Positions 52,141-64,000 of a DNA stretch of 64,000 bases are shown here, one piece after another. A program made the translations under genes and the position numbers. This stretch comes from Vicugna vicugna. Taxonomy: Eukaryota. Position 1 is the stretch's first letter. Each line of letters begins with the position of its first letter. Under the pieces are notes generated by a model, which was given only the letters and a program-made list of their open reading frames with translations, ran no database searches and was not told the DNA's origin. The stretch is taken from assembly GCA_013265495.1 (NCBI GenBank), contig PNXW01004639.1:62001-126000 (forward strand). The letters are read 5' to 3'.

Positions 52141-53394
52141 ACGCACTAGGAGACAAGAAAACTGAGAGTGAAATTCAGAGCTGGTTTATAACTTGCTTTT
52201 CTGCTAGTGCTGCATCGTGAGCCTCTTAAACAGATGTCTAGCCTTCCGGGGGTCATACTTAGTCCATCAAGGACGAGGTTCCTGAAGTTATGACCATGCC
52301 CAAGCACAACCTTCAGCTGAGTGTTTCTGTCAGTCTGTATTTGGGGGCAGCTTCCGTCTTCCTTTGTCAGTCCACACGCCAGCTGCTCACGGTGGTCCTG
52401 ATGTCTGCTTATCTTTAGAAATGCCATCTGTGGACAATGATTAAACATTCTCAGGACATTGAGGATGGTCCTAGGATTTAAGAAATGCCTGTAGCTAAGC
52501 AAATAAAGTTTTATCAGTGCCTTGCTATACTTCATGACAAAAGAAAGGTACTTTCACTGTACTCAAACTACGTTGGTGACTTAGTTAATATGCATGAAAG
52601 GCTAATTATTTTAATGACAGTTTTTTTAATGGTAGGTTGCATCCCTTTTCTGGTTGTCATTCTGTGACATGCTTGCATTTCATTAAAGAGGTAGAGTTTT
52701 CAAAAACCAGATCTACACTGAGTGAAATGTGCAATGAGGCCAAAGAATACATAACATGATGCATCTTTTTCAGCCTATGTAGGAGGCCCTTTGTTAAGTT
52801 TCATTCTAAGCTGGATGCTTGGTCTAGATTCCAAGGATTTAAAATAAACATTTTAAAGGAAAGCTTGAGTAAAATACTTCATTTTCCAAGTTTAACAACA
52901 ACATCAACCGAAGTCAACTTGACACAGAAAAATCCCTGAAGAAAGGATTTTAAAGAAAATCTATGTAGTGCTCCATTTTGATAAGGTCAGTATTAAGTAA
53001 ATATTGCTTGAGGTACTCAAACTTCACATATCCAATAAACCAGAGTGTTTGGCTTACTTTAAGAAGTGTTTATTTTACACATAGTGTTGTGTCATTCCAT
53101 AGTGCATTTATGCCACACAGATAACAAATATGTACAAAGAATTGCATCTTTATTGGATTATAAGTGTTGCTTTTTTTTAAAAGAATGCTCACGATAATGA
53201 CTCTCTCCTCAACAATTAAACACAAAGTTTGGTTCAAAATATAGTAAGTAAACTACACGCCTTATATTCGACAAATATATCAAACTCTGTTTACTTTTTT
53301 TTTTTACAGAATTGTTAATTATTTCCATCAAGAACCAAACAAATAAGTTTGGTTTAAATACGTAGTGTATTTTCAAATAAAATGTTGGCTTGAA

Positions 53395-54745
53395 AAACCA
53401 AGTGTCAGTCGGGGCTATACTAATATCAGACTAAGTATAAAAGTCAGGACATTTTATAATGATAAAGGGCCCAGTTCATCAAGAAGACACAATTCTAAGT
53501 GTGTGTGGCCAGTATCAGAGCTTCAAAATACTTGAGCCACAAACTAACAAAACTGAAAATGACCTGGTATGTAGAAATCCCAGGAAGTCTACAAAAAGCT
53601 GTAAAAAACTGAGTTTAGCAAGTTCATAGGATATAAGGTTAATACAAAAATCGATTACTCTAATACATGAGCACTTGCTGTAAAGCTATTGCAGTAGACA
53701 ATGTGGTATTTTTTTGTATGGGTATAAATACAGATTAATGGAACAAACTGAGACACATATGAAGCAAATTGATTTTTGACAAAGATGCTAAGGCACTTCG
53801 AGGGCAAGTCCTTTACAACAAATGGAGCTAGAACACCTCGGTCCCCATCTGGGAAGAAAAAAAAAAAGAACCTCAACTATTATCTTATACTTCACACAAA
53901 AATTCACTTGAAATTAACTGTAGATATTAATATAAAACCTAGAACTTTAAAACTTGTATAAGAAAGCATAGAGAAAATCTTCACGATCTACTGTTTCTTA
54001 GATGGCACACCAAGAATCTAAAATGAAAGAAAAAATAATAAATTGGATTGGGCAAATTTAAATTTTCTATTCCTCAAATATGGTAGTGACAAAATGAAGA
54101 CAGTTCCTGCCACATGTCGGAAGAAAATGTTTACTAAGCATATATCTGAAGAGGAATGGAAATGAATAAAGAATTTTTACACATCAACAATAAGGAAAAC
54201 AAACAAACAAACAAAAACTCACAAATAATTTCATAGATCCATAGACCAAAAGATACCTTGGTCAATAAACTTGTGCACAGACACTTAGTATCTTTGGTTG
54301 TTAGGGAAATGCAAAATAAAACCATAATGTGATACCAAAAACACAAACATTAGAATGATTAAAATTAATAAGACTTACTGTATTAGTCAGGAGTCTCCAG
54401 AGAAGCACAAGTGAATAAAAAAAAAAACTTATACTGAGTGAAAAAAAAATCTGGTTAAATAAGAGTACATACTATAGAATTCTATTTATGTGAATCTCTA
54501 GAAAGGCAAATAGAATCTATAGTGACAGAGAGCAGCCATGGTTGCCTTTGCCTGGGGCTGAAATGGGAGAGTTATTTGGAAGAGCCTAAGGGAACATGAC
54601 TGGAGTCTTGGCAATGTTCTGTATCTTGCTTGATGTAGTGGTTGCCAGGAAGTATATAAATTTGCCAGAACTCACCACAATCTACGCTGAAAGAGGCACA
54701 TCTGATTGTGTGTAAACTAGGTTCCAATGAAGTGGACTTGGTATG
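53395..54745 (+). mobile_element. Old L1 (L1MB/MC-like) with internal deletions, ORF2 to 3' UTR
   Basis: Endonuclease motifs (ATAATGATAAAGGGCCCAGTTCATCAAGAAGA), AATTGATTTTTGACAAAGATGC, TTAGGGAAATGCAAAATAAAACCATAATG, ATCTATAGTGACAGA..GTTGCCT. Confidence 0.88.
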
Positions 54746-54859
54746 AACAGAATGCACACAAATATTAGGATTTAAGGCTGATAGAACATTAAATGACATT
54801 GCATGGGGACAGGGTCTAGAGAGTAAGTGATTGCTAGTCACAAAGAAAAATGGCTGCCC

Positions 54860-54982
54860 TTTACTAAGTTACACTTATGAGGTGCATTCCACTAAGCGCC
54901 TGAATGCATTATTTTACTTTAGGTTTTTAAATTAACCCCGAGGGCATTACCACCAATCCCACTTTACAGGTGAGGAAACTAA
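54860..54982 (-). mobile_element. MIR fragment
   Basis: Core ATCCCACTTTACAGGTGAGGAAACT. Confidence 0.7.
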
Positions 54983-56189
54983 TACCTAGACCCTTTACGC
55001 TCCCAGACAACATGCCTGTTGCTGCGCCCAGAAAAGCAGCAGCGCGAGGCCCGAACTGTGGCCACGTGTGGCCCCAGACTACTCTTGTATTCTACTACAA
55101 TCTTCATTATATTTCTTAAGGAACAAGAGTAGAACCATGGACAAAAAAAAAAAAGTCCTAGAAGGATTTTATATTTAGAAATAGCAGTGTACAATTGAGA
55201 AACTAAGATTACATTCCGCATACTTTAAGTATTGCTTAAGTATTGCTAAGAGTTTGGACTCCTTTGCTAAACATTTGCTCTCTGTCTCAGCTGACACAAA
55301 CAGATGAGAAGTAGACAACACAGGAAAGTGCTGTAGTACAGATTCCAGACCTCAGCGTTCCAAAGAGCAGTGATTTACCAAAGAGCGCGTTAAAGTTGTC
55401 CGCCGTGGAAGAGACGGCGTGTAGTTGAATGGTTTCCATGCCACGGAGGCTGCCTTGGTTTGGGGGCAGCCGTCTGAGCCTCAGGGAGCCCAGTCTGCTT
55501 CAGTAGCTCAGCCCCAGTTGATTCAGAGTCATTCAGTGGGGGCTCTGGGGGGTCATGAACAGACCTAACCCCAAAGGCCTGAAGTCCTTCGTTAACCCTG
55601 AAACCACTCCAGCATCCTCAGATTCCTTCAGACCAGTGAATTATCTAAAACCAAGTCTGACCTTCAGAGTTGTTTGGAACCAACCTGAATCTCAAATTAA
55701 GATTTGCTTCATTTCAACCTTACCTGTGTGCTGTTTTTCATCCAACTCCTAATAGAATGTGTCCATGCAATATTTTATTATTCAGAAGACAAAAATATAT
55801 ATAACTTTTGTTCTCCCAATACATTTGCCATATTCTAAATACAAAGACTTCATAATTCATAATGAATCTGATTTGTTATCTCACTGAGGAAGCAAGACTC
55901 TATTTAAGGATAAAGTTGTATTACATGAAGAACATATATTGTCTCTCATACGTTTAAGTGTCATTAATTGAGTTTTAACCAAAAGAATTTATGCCTCTGT
56001 TACCAGACAAATATTTGTTTATAAACATGGTAAAACATGAGAGTTTTGTGGATTTTAAAATATTTCTACAGGGAAAAATCATTGTCCAGAAGAATTCTGG
56101 CTGAGGTTCAAGTGAAAAAACACCAATTTTAAAACAGATTCAGTATATTTGGATCCAGCATTGGCTAAGAAGAAAATCTTTCTTTTAGA

Positions 56190-57210
56190 TGGTTTAACAC
56201 TGAAGTGCCCAGCTGGCTCAGGCCTTGCGCCTTTTCTCTGTCTATGCTCACTCCATCATCTATTCTCCTGCCTTTAGGTGGACCCCCCTCCCCTATTCAT
56301 TATCCTCTCAGGGGGCCCTGCTGAATTGTATCTCCTTCCCCTCACTGAACCTTTCCACCAGCATCTCCAAATAAACATGATGTCAGCAGCTCCACCCAAG
56401 CACATTCAGCTGTCCTCTTCACCCTCTGACTTGATTGCAACTCCATCCTTCCAGTTAATCAGGCCACAAACCTTGGAGAGTTATCTTTAACTCCTTACTT
56501 TCTTTCCAACTTGCATCCAAGGCATCAGCAAAACCTTTTGTCCCTACCTTCAGGATGCATCCAGAACCCAACAGTGTTTCCCCACCTCCATTGCCACAGT
56601 CTGCATCAAGCGACCGTCTTCTCTTGCCTGAATTCTTCAGAAGCTTTCTGTCCAGTCTCCTTGCACTGTGCCGTGGTTCAGTGCCATCTGCTCTGCACAG
56701 AGCAGCCCCCTTGACCCACTGAGAGCAAAAGGAAGATGCTTTCACTCTGCCACTGGAGCCACCTGATGGCTCACCCAGCTCAGTCACTGTAAAAACCAAA
56801 GTAATGATAGCGCTCAGAAAAGCCTGTCATCTGACTTGCTCTAATTGTTTCTTTTGGCAGGAAAATTCTTTCTTTAGCTGTCTGAATAGCAAACATCACT
56901 TGCTTTAATTCTCTCACCAAACGTAACCTGTTCAGTAAGGTCTAAGCTGATCACTTACGCAAATTGCAAAGCACGCTCTCTTGGCACACCGCATTTCCAT
57001 TTTCCTGCCCCATTTTTTTTTCTTCACTGCCAATCTCCTTCTAAAGCACTATGTAATTTATTGTGTGTGTTGTTTATTATTGGTTTCTCCAGACTAGAAG
57101 GTAGGCTCCACAAAAGCAGGACTTTTTGTTTCTTTTCATCTGTCTTTTTTTGTATCCACTGAGCTGAACGCAGTGCTTTACACAAGACACCTATCTTACT
57201 GAATAACTAG
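56190..57210 (+). mobile_element. L2
   Basis: GCAACTCCATCCTTCCAGTT..AGGCCACAAACCTTGGAG, CATCCAGAACCCAAC, ACTAGAAGGTAGGCTCCACAAAAGCAGGAC. Confidence 0.85.
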
Positions 57211-57239
57211 ACAAATAAACTGTGAGGTATGGAATTTCT

Positions 57240-58030
57240 ACCCATTCATTCAACAAATGTATTGAATGCCTGCTCTGGACCAGTCCCTGTCCTAGTCGTC
57301 AGGATACAGTAGAAAGCAAAAGATACGTGGTCCCTGCTCTCATGGGGCCAACAGCCTATTGAGCAAACAGTCACTGCAGAAGTATTCACACAAACAGGTG
57401 CCTAAAGAGAAACTGTGAAAAGTGCTGGGAAGGACAATTACAAGGTACCATGACATAGGATGATATCCGAGAAGACCTCCTTAAGGAAGTAACACATCAG
57501 AAAAGGAAAGGCTAAACACCAGTGGGGATGTTAAAGAATATGAGAAACGTATGCGCACCGCTCCACAACTGACCAAGCCGGAGGGGTGGTCAGGGCTGTT
57601 GGACCACAATTAGTGGAGAGAAGAACAGCATTAGATGTGGTTAATGAAGTCGGCATGGACTGGACCATGCCTGGCTTTGTTGGCTGGGAAAGAGTTTTGC
57701 TTTTTATCCTAGATGCAAAGAGAAGACTTTGCAGAGAATGAAGCAGCGTTGCAATGTGGTGAGATTTTGTGGTTGGCGCTCATTCCACCTGTTGCGTGTT
57801 CCAGAATGACTCAGAAGAGAACAGAAGGAGGAGGAGGAGGAAGACCCCCCAGAATGCAATGATTTTAGTCCCAGTAGGAGAGGACGGTGTGGTGTACAAA
57901 TGTGACCTGGGGTGGTGATGTTGAGAAGGAAATAATGAGGTGGCTATAAAGTATATTTTTAATTAGAGGGTCATATATGGAAACAGATAATGACTTCCTG
58001 GCTACTATTGGAAGCAAATGGATGGGTATA
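57240..58030 (-). mobile_element. L2 (antisense), tail-to-tail with the preceding copy
   Basis: CATTCATTCAACAAATGTATTGAATGCC..AGGATACAGT..GGTCCCTGCTCTCATGG. Confidence 0.85.
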
Positions 58031-59829
58031 GGTAGGTGTGGATGTTAGGATAAGAAACAGGTAATAATATTATGTATCGCTAACTGCCTTTGCGGGGAGA
58101 TTGGGATTAGGAAGCAAGTGATAGAAAAAAAATTAGATCCATTGTTCACATTTATTTAAGTTCAATTTTGTGATCACTCTATATTTTATATATTTTGTCC
58201 CGAATTGTCCCAGGAGGCTCTGCAAGCATGCCTGAGTCCCCCAGTTTTGTACAGAATGAACAACAGGCTAGATATTTCGTGCACAAAAACCTTGTCAGGT
58301 GATGTGTAATATGCATAATGCTGAAACTCATCCCCTTTGGTCTTTAGACCATTGAGTGTGTAGAGTAGGTCTTCCTCAATTCCCACATCCAGGATCCCAT
58401 TTGGGGAAAATCTCGATCTGCTTCTCTTTCCTTTATTTTAACAGTTACTTGGGCCTGGGTAGAGCAGGTGAGACCAGGTGGGAAACAAGAATTTGGCTTA
58501 GAACAAAGCCTGAGAAGAAATGCAGCTATCTTGAGTCCTAAGAGAACAAAACCAAGAGCAAAATGTCAGTGTAGATGAATTGTCAATATGACAAGCCTGA
58601 GTATATGACAAGAGTAAGCATTCTAGAGATCCAGACTTGGCCGTGGACTCCATCAGAAACACAGCAGGTATACAGCGATAAAAGGTCACCAGTGGAAAAG
58701 CCACGGGCAGAAGTGATGTTGAAGGGTTCAGAAAAAGGTTGCTGCCTTTAAGCCAGTTTTGGAAAAAGAGATTGAGAAGCACATGCAGTTTGGGAAACCA
58801 GTATTGATAAAATATTTTTACAATCTTCCTATTAAGAAAGAAGAGCAAAACTGTAGGTTTCCACTTCACGTTCTAAATATCTCTTGTCGACGTGCACATT
58901 ATCAGATCATGTCTAAGGTCTGACAGTATCATTTAAAAGGTGCCATGTCTTGTATAAGCTGCGATGTATTAAAACACTGCGTTATCACTGCGCTAAATTA
59001 GATAAGATCTTTTTTTCTTCATATCTCAGGCTAGAAGTAGTCAAAAATTCTTCAATGAATTCCAAAGAAGATTGTGCAATACCAGATACCATGAGTTTGC
59101 TCCAAAGCCAAGAGCAAATGATGTCTGGAATTTAGGGTCCTGCCAGTTTTACACATCTTGAAGTGATGAAGTTTATAGCAACATAGACAGAGATTTTCTG
59201 TAATAATCTTCAAGGGCAGTTCGGTGCACAAAGGAACATTGTTTTCACACGTTACCCCCAGCCCCCCTCCTCAGCGTCCTGCTCTTGTATATCCTGGACA
59301 TATCAGCAGTACTTTCCTGTGTGTCAGACATTTATTCTAAAGTAGCAACACATACCTTTTAATATAATGGTATCCATGGTTTTGCTTAATTATTTATAAG
59401 AGTTTTTTGCTCCAGGGGTGCAGAATAATATTAAAATTAATCAAAAATTAAGGCAAAAGAACATCAATTAAAGGATTAAGATAAGACTAGGGTTGAAGGG
59501 GGCACAATAGGGCCCAACGCTTTAAAAGCCGTGAGGAAGCCCGCACACCTGGCATTTGTTTTTCTGGAAGCCAGTGAGAATGTGAGAGTGTCATCAGTTA
59601 TGTTATTTCTAAATAACCTAACTTAGTGTTTATAAGATAAATACTTACAAGATAAATATCTATTAAGTGTGTATAAGATAAAAACAAACAGTATCTCAGG
59701 TTAGGCCCAGCTATTCCCAGGGCTGAGTGAGGCAGGAGGGGCAGTTTTTCCGTACGTCCTCATAGACGGGGTTCTTCCTGCGCACTGTGGCGGACGAGGT
59801 TCTTAACGATATGCCCACCGGGACCACGT

Positions 59830-60320
59830 TCACAAGCCTAAGAACGGGGCCCATTTCAGTCTCTTCTCTATTTCTCAGGCAAAACCATCTTTTAAAACTA
59901 AAGTCTGATGATGTCGCCCTGATGCGTAAATTCCTTAAAATAGTTTCCAGTGCTTTGGGGAAAATAATTAAAATCTTTATGGTCACATTCAAGGTCCTAG
60001 ATGTTCTGGCCCTTCCTGCCTCTCTGACCTGCATCTTGATTGAATCCTTCATTAAAGTCGTGCTCCTTTGTAGGATATAGGCCCTCAGAGAACCAGGTGT
60101 CTTTGCTTCAGGGTGGTCATCTCAGTTCCTAACTCTGCATTTATTCATATGATGACGATTAATTTCTGTCTCTCCATGGTAAGCTTCAAGAGACTGAGTT
60201 CCTTCTTTGGTTATTTTCCCTGCACCAATCATATTTCTGTCTCAATAAATATCTGAATTTCAACAGATGGGTAGATGGATGGATGGATGGGTGAATGAAT
60301 GAATGAATGAATGAATGAAT
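59830..60320 (+). mobile_element. L2 3' part with (GGAT)n/(GAAT)n tail
   Basis: AAGTCTGATGATGTCGCCC, AAAATCTTTATGGTCACATTCAAGGTCCT, CTCAATAAATATCTG, tetranucleotide repeats at 60265-60320. Confidence 0.8.
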
Positions 60321-61711
60321 AAGCAGATAAAGAGCGAGTGTTCTGTCCTTCAGTGATGTTGTAACTTAAGGATAGACTTTAATATTGATAGGAAAGGATG
60401 AAATACAGGTCTGTCAGACAATCTTCTGAAACTAATTTGATCTCAACCAAAATTTTAACAAGTATTGAACATCAGTGAATTTAGAATATAATTTCAAACA
60501 TGATTTAAATGTATCGACATAAAAACATTACAGTGTTTTAACATGTATTACATATCAAATTTTAGGTTCTGACAATTGCCTGACCTGGGTGATCATCTAT
60601 AACTCTAGATTGACTCATTGGGAAATATCTCTGTGTAAAGCCACTTTGATTTAAATGTCCCATCTGTATTATGGGGGGTGGGACCAAGCTTGCCTGCAAA
60701 GGATTCTGTGTGGTTATGTTTCCAAAGTGGGGCTCATTAATTCAGAGGACATCATGTAAAGAGTAGTAATAAGTAGTAATTATATAAATGACAGAAGTCC
60801 ACTTCTAGCTGCATTGGTGCAGTGACTTTTAGAAGTAGGATTTTGTCTGGTGAAAAAAAAAATCCCAATTTGTGTTAACAGAATTATCCACTATAATGAC
60901 CTAAGGGCAAATTTAACTTGAATACTTTTCCACTAACTGAAAATTTATTTTAAAAATGTATAGTTCCATGTTTGGTTTCAACCTCAAAGTGCCTTTTCCT
61001 GGAAAGCCTATCAACTTTTCTCAGCTGTTTATGAATTATTATTACAAGAATAAAAATGTTGACATTTGTAACATTTACTAGCATTGGTGGCTTGAGAAAA
61101 GTCCAAGAACAGCTGGAATCATTTCCAGTTAACTTAAAGAGTCAATGAAAGGCTAAAAAGAAGAAGAAGGGACTTCGTGCATTGCACACAGTAGGGACTC
61201 AGTGAAAGAATTCTGAGATTGGTTGAACTGGTTTGTGCACATGATACTGTAGAGAATTTAATGATGAGTTGGCAGTTGGAGCATGATGAGGTTACCGAGA
61301 TGCTAGCATGTTCCACGTCCTAGATTGCTCACTGAGGCAATACTGCATCAACCGACATTCAAGGGAGAAACGTATCTAGAAACTGTGGCTTTGTTCTAGG
61401 TTATCAAGATACCTCCATGATCCCATAAAACAAGAGGAAAACGTACTCTGTATTACCATAACCTTTCTGATGAAAAGTGAAATATAGCGAAGGAACAAAA
61501 ATAAAAGAAAATAGGAGGCAGTAGGAAAATGATCCAGATGAATCTGACTTTTGCCTAGACTGAAAAAGGACATACTTTCCAGTGTTCCTTTTGTCCTTTT
61601 GTTTACAAGCAGAAGAGCACCTGTCTCTGTTGCCCTCTTTCTTACTCGGGTACTTTCTGTGGCCTGTGTCTTGTCAGCAATCCTGAGAAGCAGGATCACG
61701 ATCCCTGGGAC

Positions 61712-61887
61712 TGATGGATGGGGGTGGATAGAGATGGATGGGGAAGGGTGGGGATGAATGGGGATAGTTGGGGATGGATGGGGAAGGATAGAGATGGTTG
61801 GAGATGGATGAGGGTGGATGGGGAAGGATGGGGATGGATGGATGATAGATGGGGAAGGATGGGGATGGTTGGGGGTGGATGGGGAAG
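61712..61887. repeat. C-free (GGATG/GGGAT)n-like simple repeat
   Basis: 176 bp with no C on the plus strand, about 5-bp period, many GGGG runs. Confidence 0.95.
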
Positions 61888-61935
61888 CAGAACGCAGAGA
61901 TGCCCACAGTCCTCCTGCTCCACAAGTCTGTCGTC

Positions 61936-62390
61936 TGTGGGTCTGAAACTGGGGTGTTTCCTGACTTGCGAGTTGACCAGCCAGCATGTTACTAGTTCAC
62001 AGACACAAGCAGAAGGCACGAGACTCCTGGGTCAGGGACAAAAGACTTTATCTCTCACAGCAAAAGCATTAGCCAGAGCTTTGTGTTGGTTTGTGCCGGT
62101 TCTCGCGCCCCCTGTCTCCACACAAATGGCGCACAGGCCTCACCAGGGAGCTGCACACCGGGTGAGCTGTGACCCAACACTGGAGCACGGGGCTCAGGGG
62201 ACTCGCCGCTCCTGCAGTGAGAGCAGCAGGCCTGTGCCTGGGGAGACAGTGTCTCGTCTCTCAAAGGTGTTCACTACAAATGCAGCTCGAGGGAGGCCGG
62301 GGAGAGGGTGGTCAGCACCCTGCCTTCCTTCCACGTCCGGGAGCGCATTCGGGGACATTCAGGGCCCCTGGCAGACTGCCCCTCCCGACG
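61936..62390 (-). mobile_element. ERVL solo LTR (MER74-like)
   Basis: TGTGGG..TTACTAGTTCACAGA..AGCAGAAGGCACGAGACTCCTGGGTCAGGGACAAAAGACTTTAT..AGCCAGAG, ending CTCCCGACG. Confidence 0.75.
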
Positions 62391-62447
62391 CAGGCAGAAA
62401 GACCCAGGCCCACCCTAACCACTCCCAGCTCCTCCTCAGATCCCCAC

Positions 62448-62640
62448 TCAGGCTCTGGATCCACTCCACTGGCTGTGAATCCCAGCTTCACCACGTATTA
62501 ACTTCAACACGTTACCTAACCACTTCATGCCTCAGTTTACCCATCAATAATTGGGACACTAATAAAGCCATTTCATCGGATTAAGTGACTTCATATACAC
62601 ATGGCTTTAGAACGTCCCTGACACACAGTGAGCACTGGCT
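62448..62640 (+). mobile_element. MIR SINE
   Basis: GGCTCTGGA..TGAATCCCAGCT..TGCCTCAGTTTACCCATC..GGATTAAGTGA..GACACACAGTGAGCACT. Confidence 0.85.
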
Positions 62641-63241
62641 CTGTCCTCGTTTGTGTCCTGACCCTCACTTCCCAGTTCTCTTTTAGACAATTTCACATTT
62701 TCTCATTGAGACTTCTCAGTTGGGATCTCAGGGGAAGATGAAGCCCTGATACCCCACGGCCCGCATTGTCTGCAGTGACTTAACTTCTCCCTTAGGCATC
62801 TGGAGTGACACTAGCTATGCACCTTCCTCGGAAGAATTGAGGACACAGTGATTCAAATTGCTTTTGATGTTCTGTGCTTCAGATTAGGACTCCCAGTTTA
62901 AAAAGCCAATTACCTTTGCCTTTAATGAACAGAGAATTTCCCTCCAGGCTGCGTCATCTATCACTGGCCCTCTGTGGGGCCCAGGTCTTGTCTGATCAGT
63001 GGCCACCCCTGGACAGGGAACAGTCTGGTGCCATTTGTCTCAGCAGGGTGTCTTGCTCACCATCGTGCAGCCCAGCACCACGTCTGACACCAGCAGATGC
63101 AGCAGAAGGATTTATCTGTTCACTCAGTGAAGGTGTAGCAGGGACCATCACTGACAGTTTACCCCCACTTCCCCAACCCCATCTTCTTCTTGGACTTGAC
63201 TCATTATAATATGAATGATTTTAAAGGACAGCTTTTTTTTA

Positions 63242-63368
63242 GGGGGAGAAGGTAGAGCTCAGCGGTAGAGCGCATGTTCAGCGTGTAGGAGATCCTGGGT
63301 TCAATCCCCAGTACCTCTGTTAAAAGAATCAAATCGCCTCCCCCACCAAAATAAAACAAAAAACAAAT
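63242..63368 (+). mobile_element. tRNA-derived camelid-type SINE (vic-1-like) with TSD
   Basis: A box AGCTCAGCGGTAGAG, B box GGTTCAATCCC, A-rich tail. TSD core AAAGGACAGCT at 63223-63233 and 63369-63379. Confidence 0.88.
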
Positions 63369-64000
63369 AAAGGACAGCTGTTTTTGTTTTTGTTTTTTTA
63401 ATCTCTGTTGCTTGGCTCTGGAAAAAGGAAAATAGAAGACTTGGAAATTCTATGAAGATAAATACTTTCTCTAAGATAAAACCTTTTTAATACCCTTTGC
63501 TAATTTTTGCAACATGGCTGACTTGAGATACTTTATAAACATCTGTGGGATCATGGAAAGTATGTTCCAGATACATTGCTTTCGGATGATAAAGATTAGA
63601 AAATCCAGGGAAACAAACCATTGACAGATCCTAGATGGTTCCCTTCCAGGATCATGTATTTCACAGGGGCTTTCAGGAAGTCCTGGATCATGCTCAACTC
63701 AGATTTGAGAGTTCTGACATGAGACTCATAAGTTTTAAATATCAGGCTGTCAGCAGGCAGAATTCCATTCCACTGTACAGGTTTTAGCAATTGACAAATT
63801 ACTGGTCCCAGGAGCTGTCACACCTCCATCTGAGGTTGGCCACAGGCTGTCTGAAAACAATTTAAAATATTCTTTTCAAACAGGATCTTTTAAAGATATT
63901 TGAACACTGAGAAACTCCAGTTGAGATCCCAGAATTCTGATTCATATAAAGAAGAATTAATTTTGTCTTGAAAAATTTTAGGATATTGTATTATGTATTA

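Noticed and set aside
61376..62584. Longest ORFs (203 aa minus, 288 aa plus)
   Set aside because: They run through the GGATG simple repeat, an LTR and a MIR; the P/H/S- or G/W/M-rich translations are low-complexity artefacts.
63242..63320. tRNA gene
   Set aside because: It has a TSD, an A-rich tail and a degenerate acceptor stem, so it is a SINE.
1..64000. CRISPR array, operon or prokaryotic defence system
   Set aside because: No regularly spaced repeats and no dense ORFs; the sequence is mammalian and repeat-rich.

Overview
Mammalian (eutherian) genomic DNA, AT-rich and largely non-coding. A tRNA-derived SINE at 63.2 kb and young L1 3' ends at 41.4, 41.9, 44.0, 46.3 and 48.5 kb look camelid-type (alpaca/camel), so that taxon is inferred, not proven. 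Much of the window is interspersed repeat: old L1M, L2 and MIR fragments, hAT DNA transposons (MER119-like, MER94-like) and ERV LTRs (MER39/34-like, MER74-like). Repeat families were recognised by eye from memory of consensus sequences, so subfamily names and most edges are approximate. No ORF in the track matches a protein I recognise except L1 ORF2 relics, and the two longest ORFs come from a simple repeat. Splice signals hint at an unidentified minus-strand gene whose 3' end would lie near 1.3-6.1 kb, but this is low confidence. I did not find a convincing novel biological system. The most notable items are a non-repeat hairpin with a perfect 18-bp stem (16522-16584), a candidate 3-nt microexon (2346-2348), a template-switch-like scar (39142-39179) and several young retro-insertions with intact target-site duplications (TSDs).
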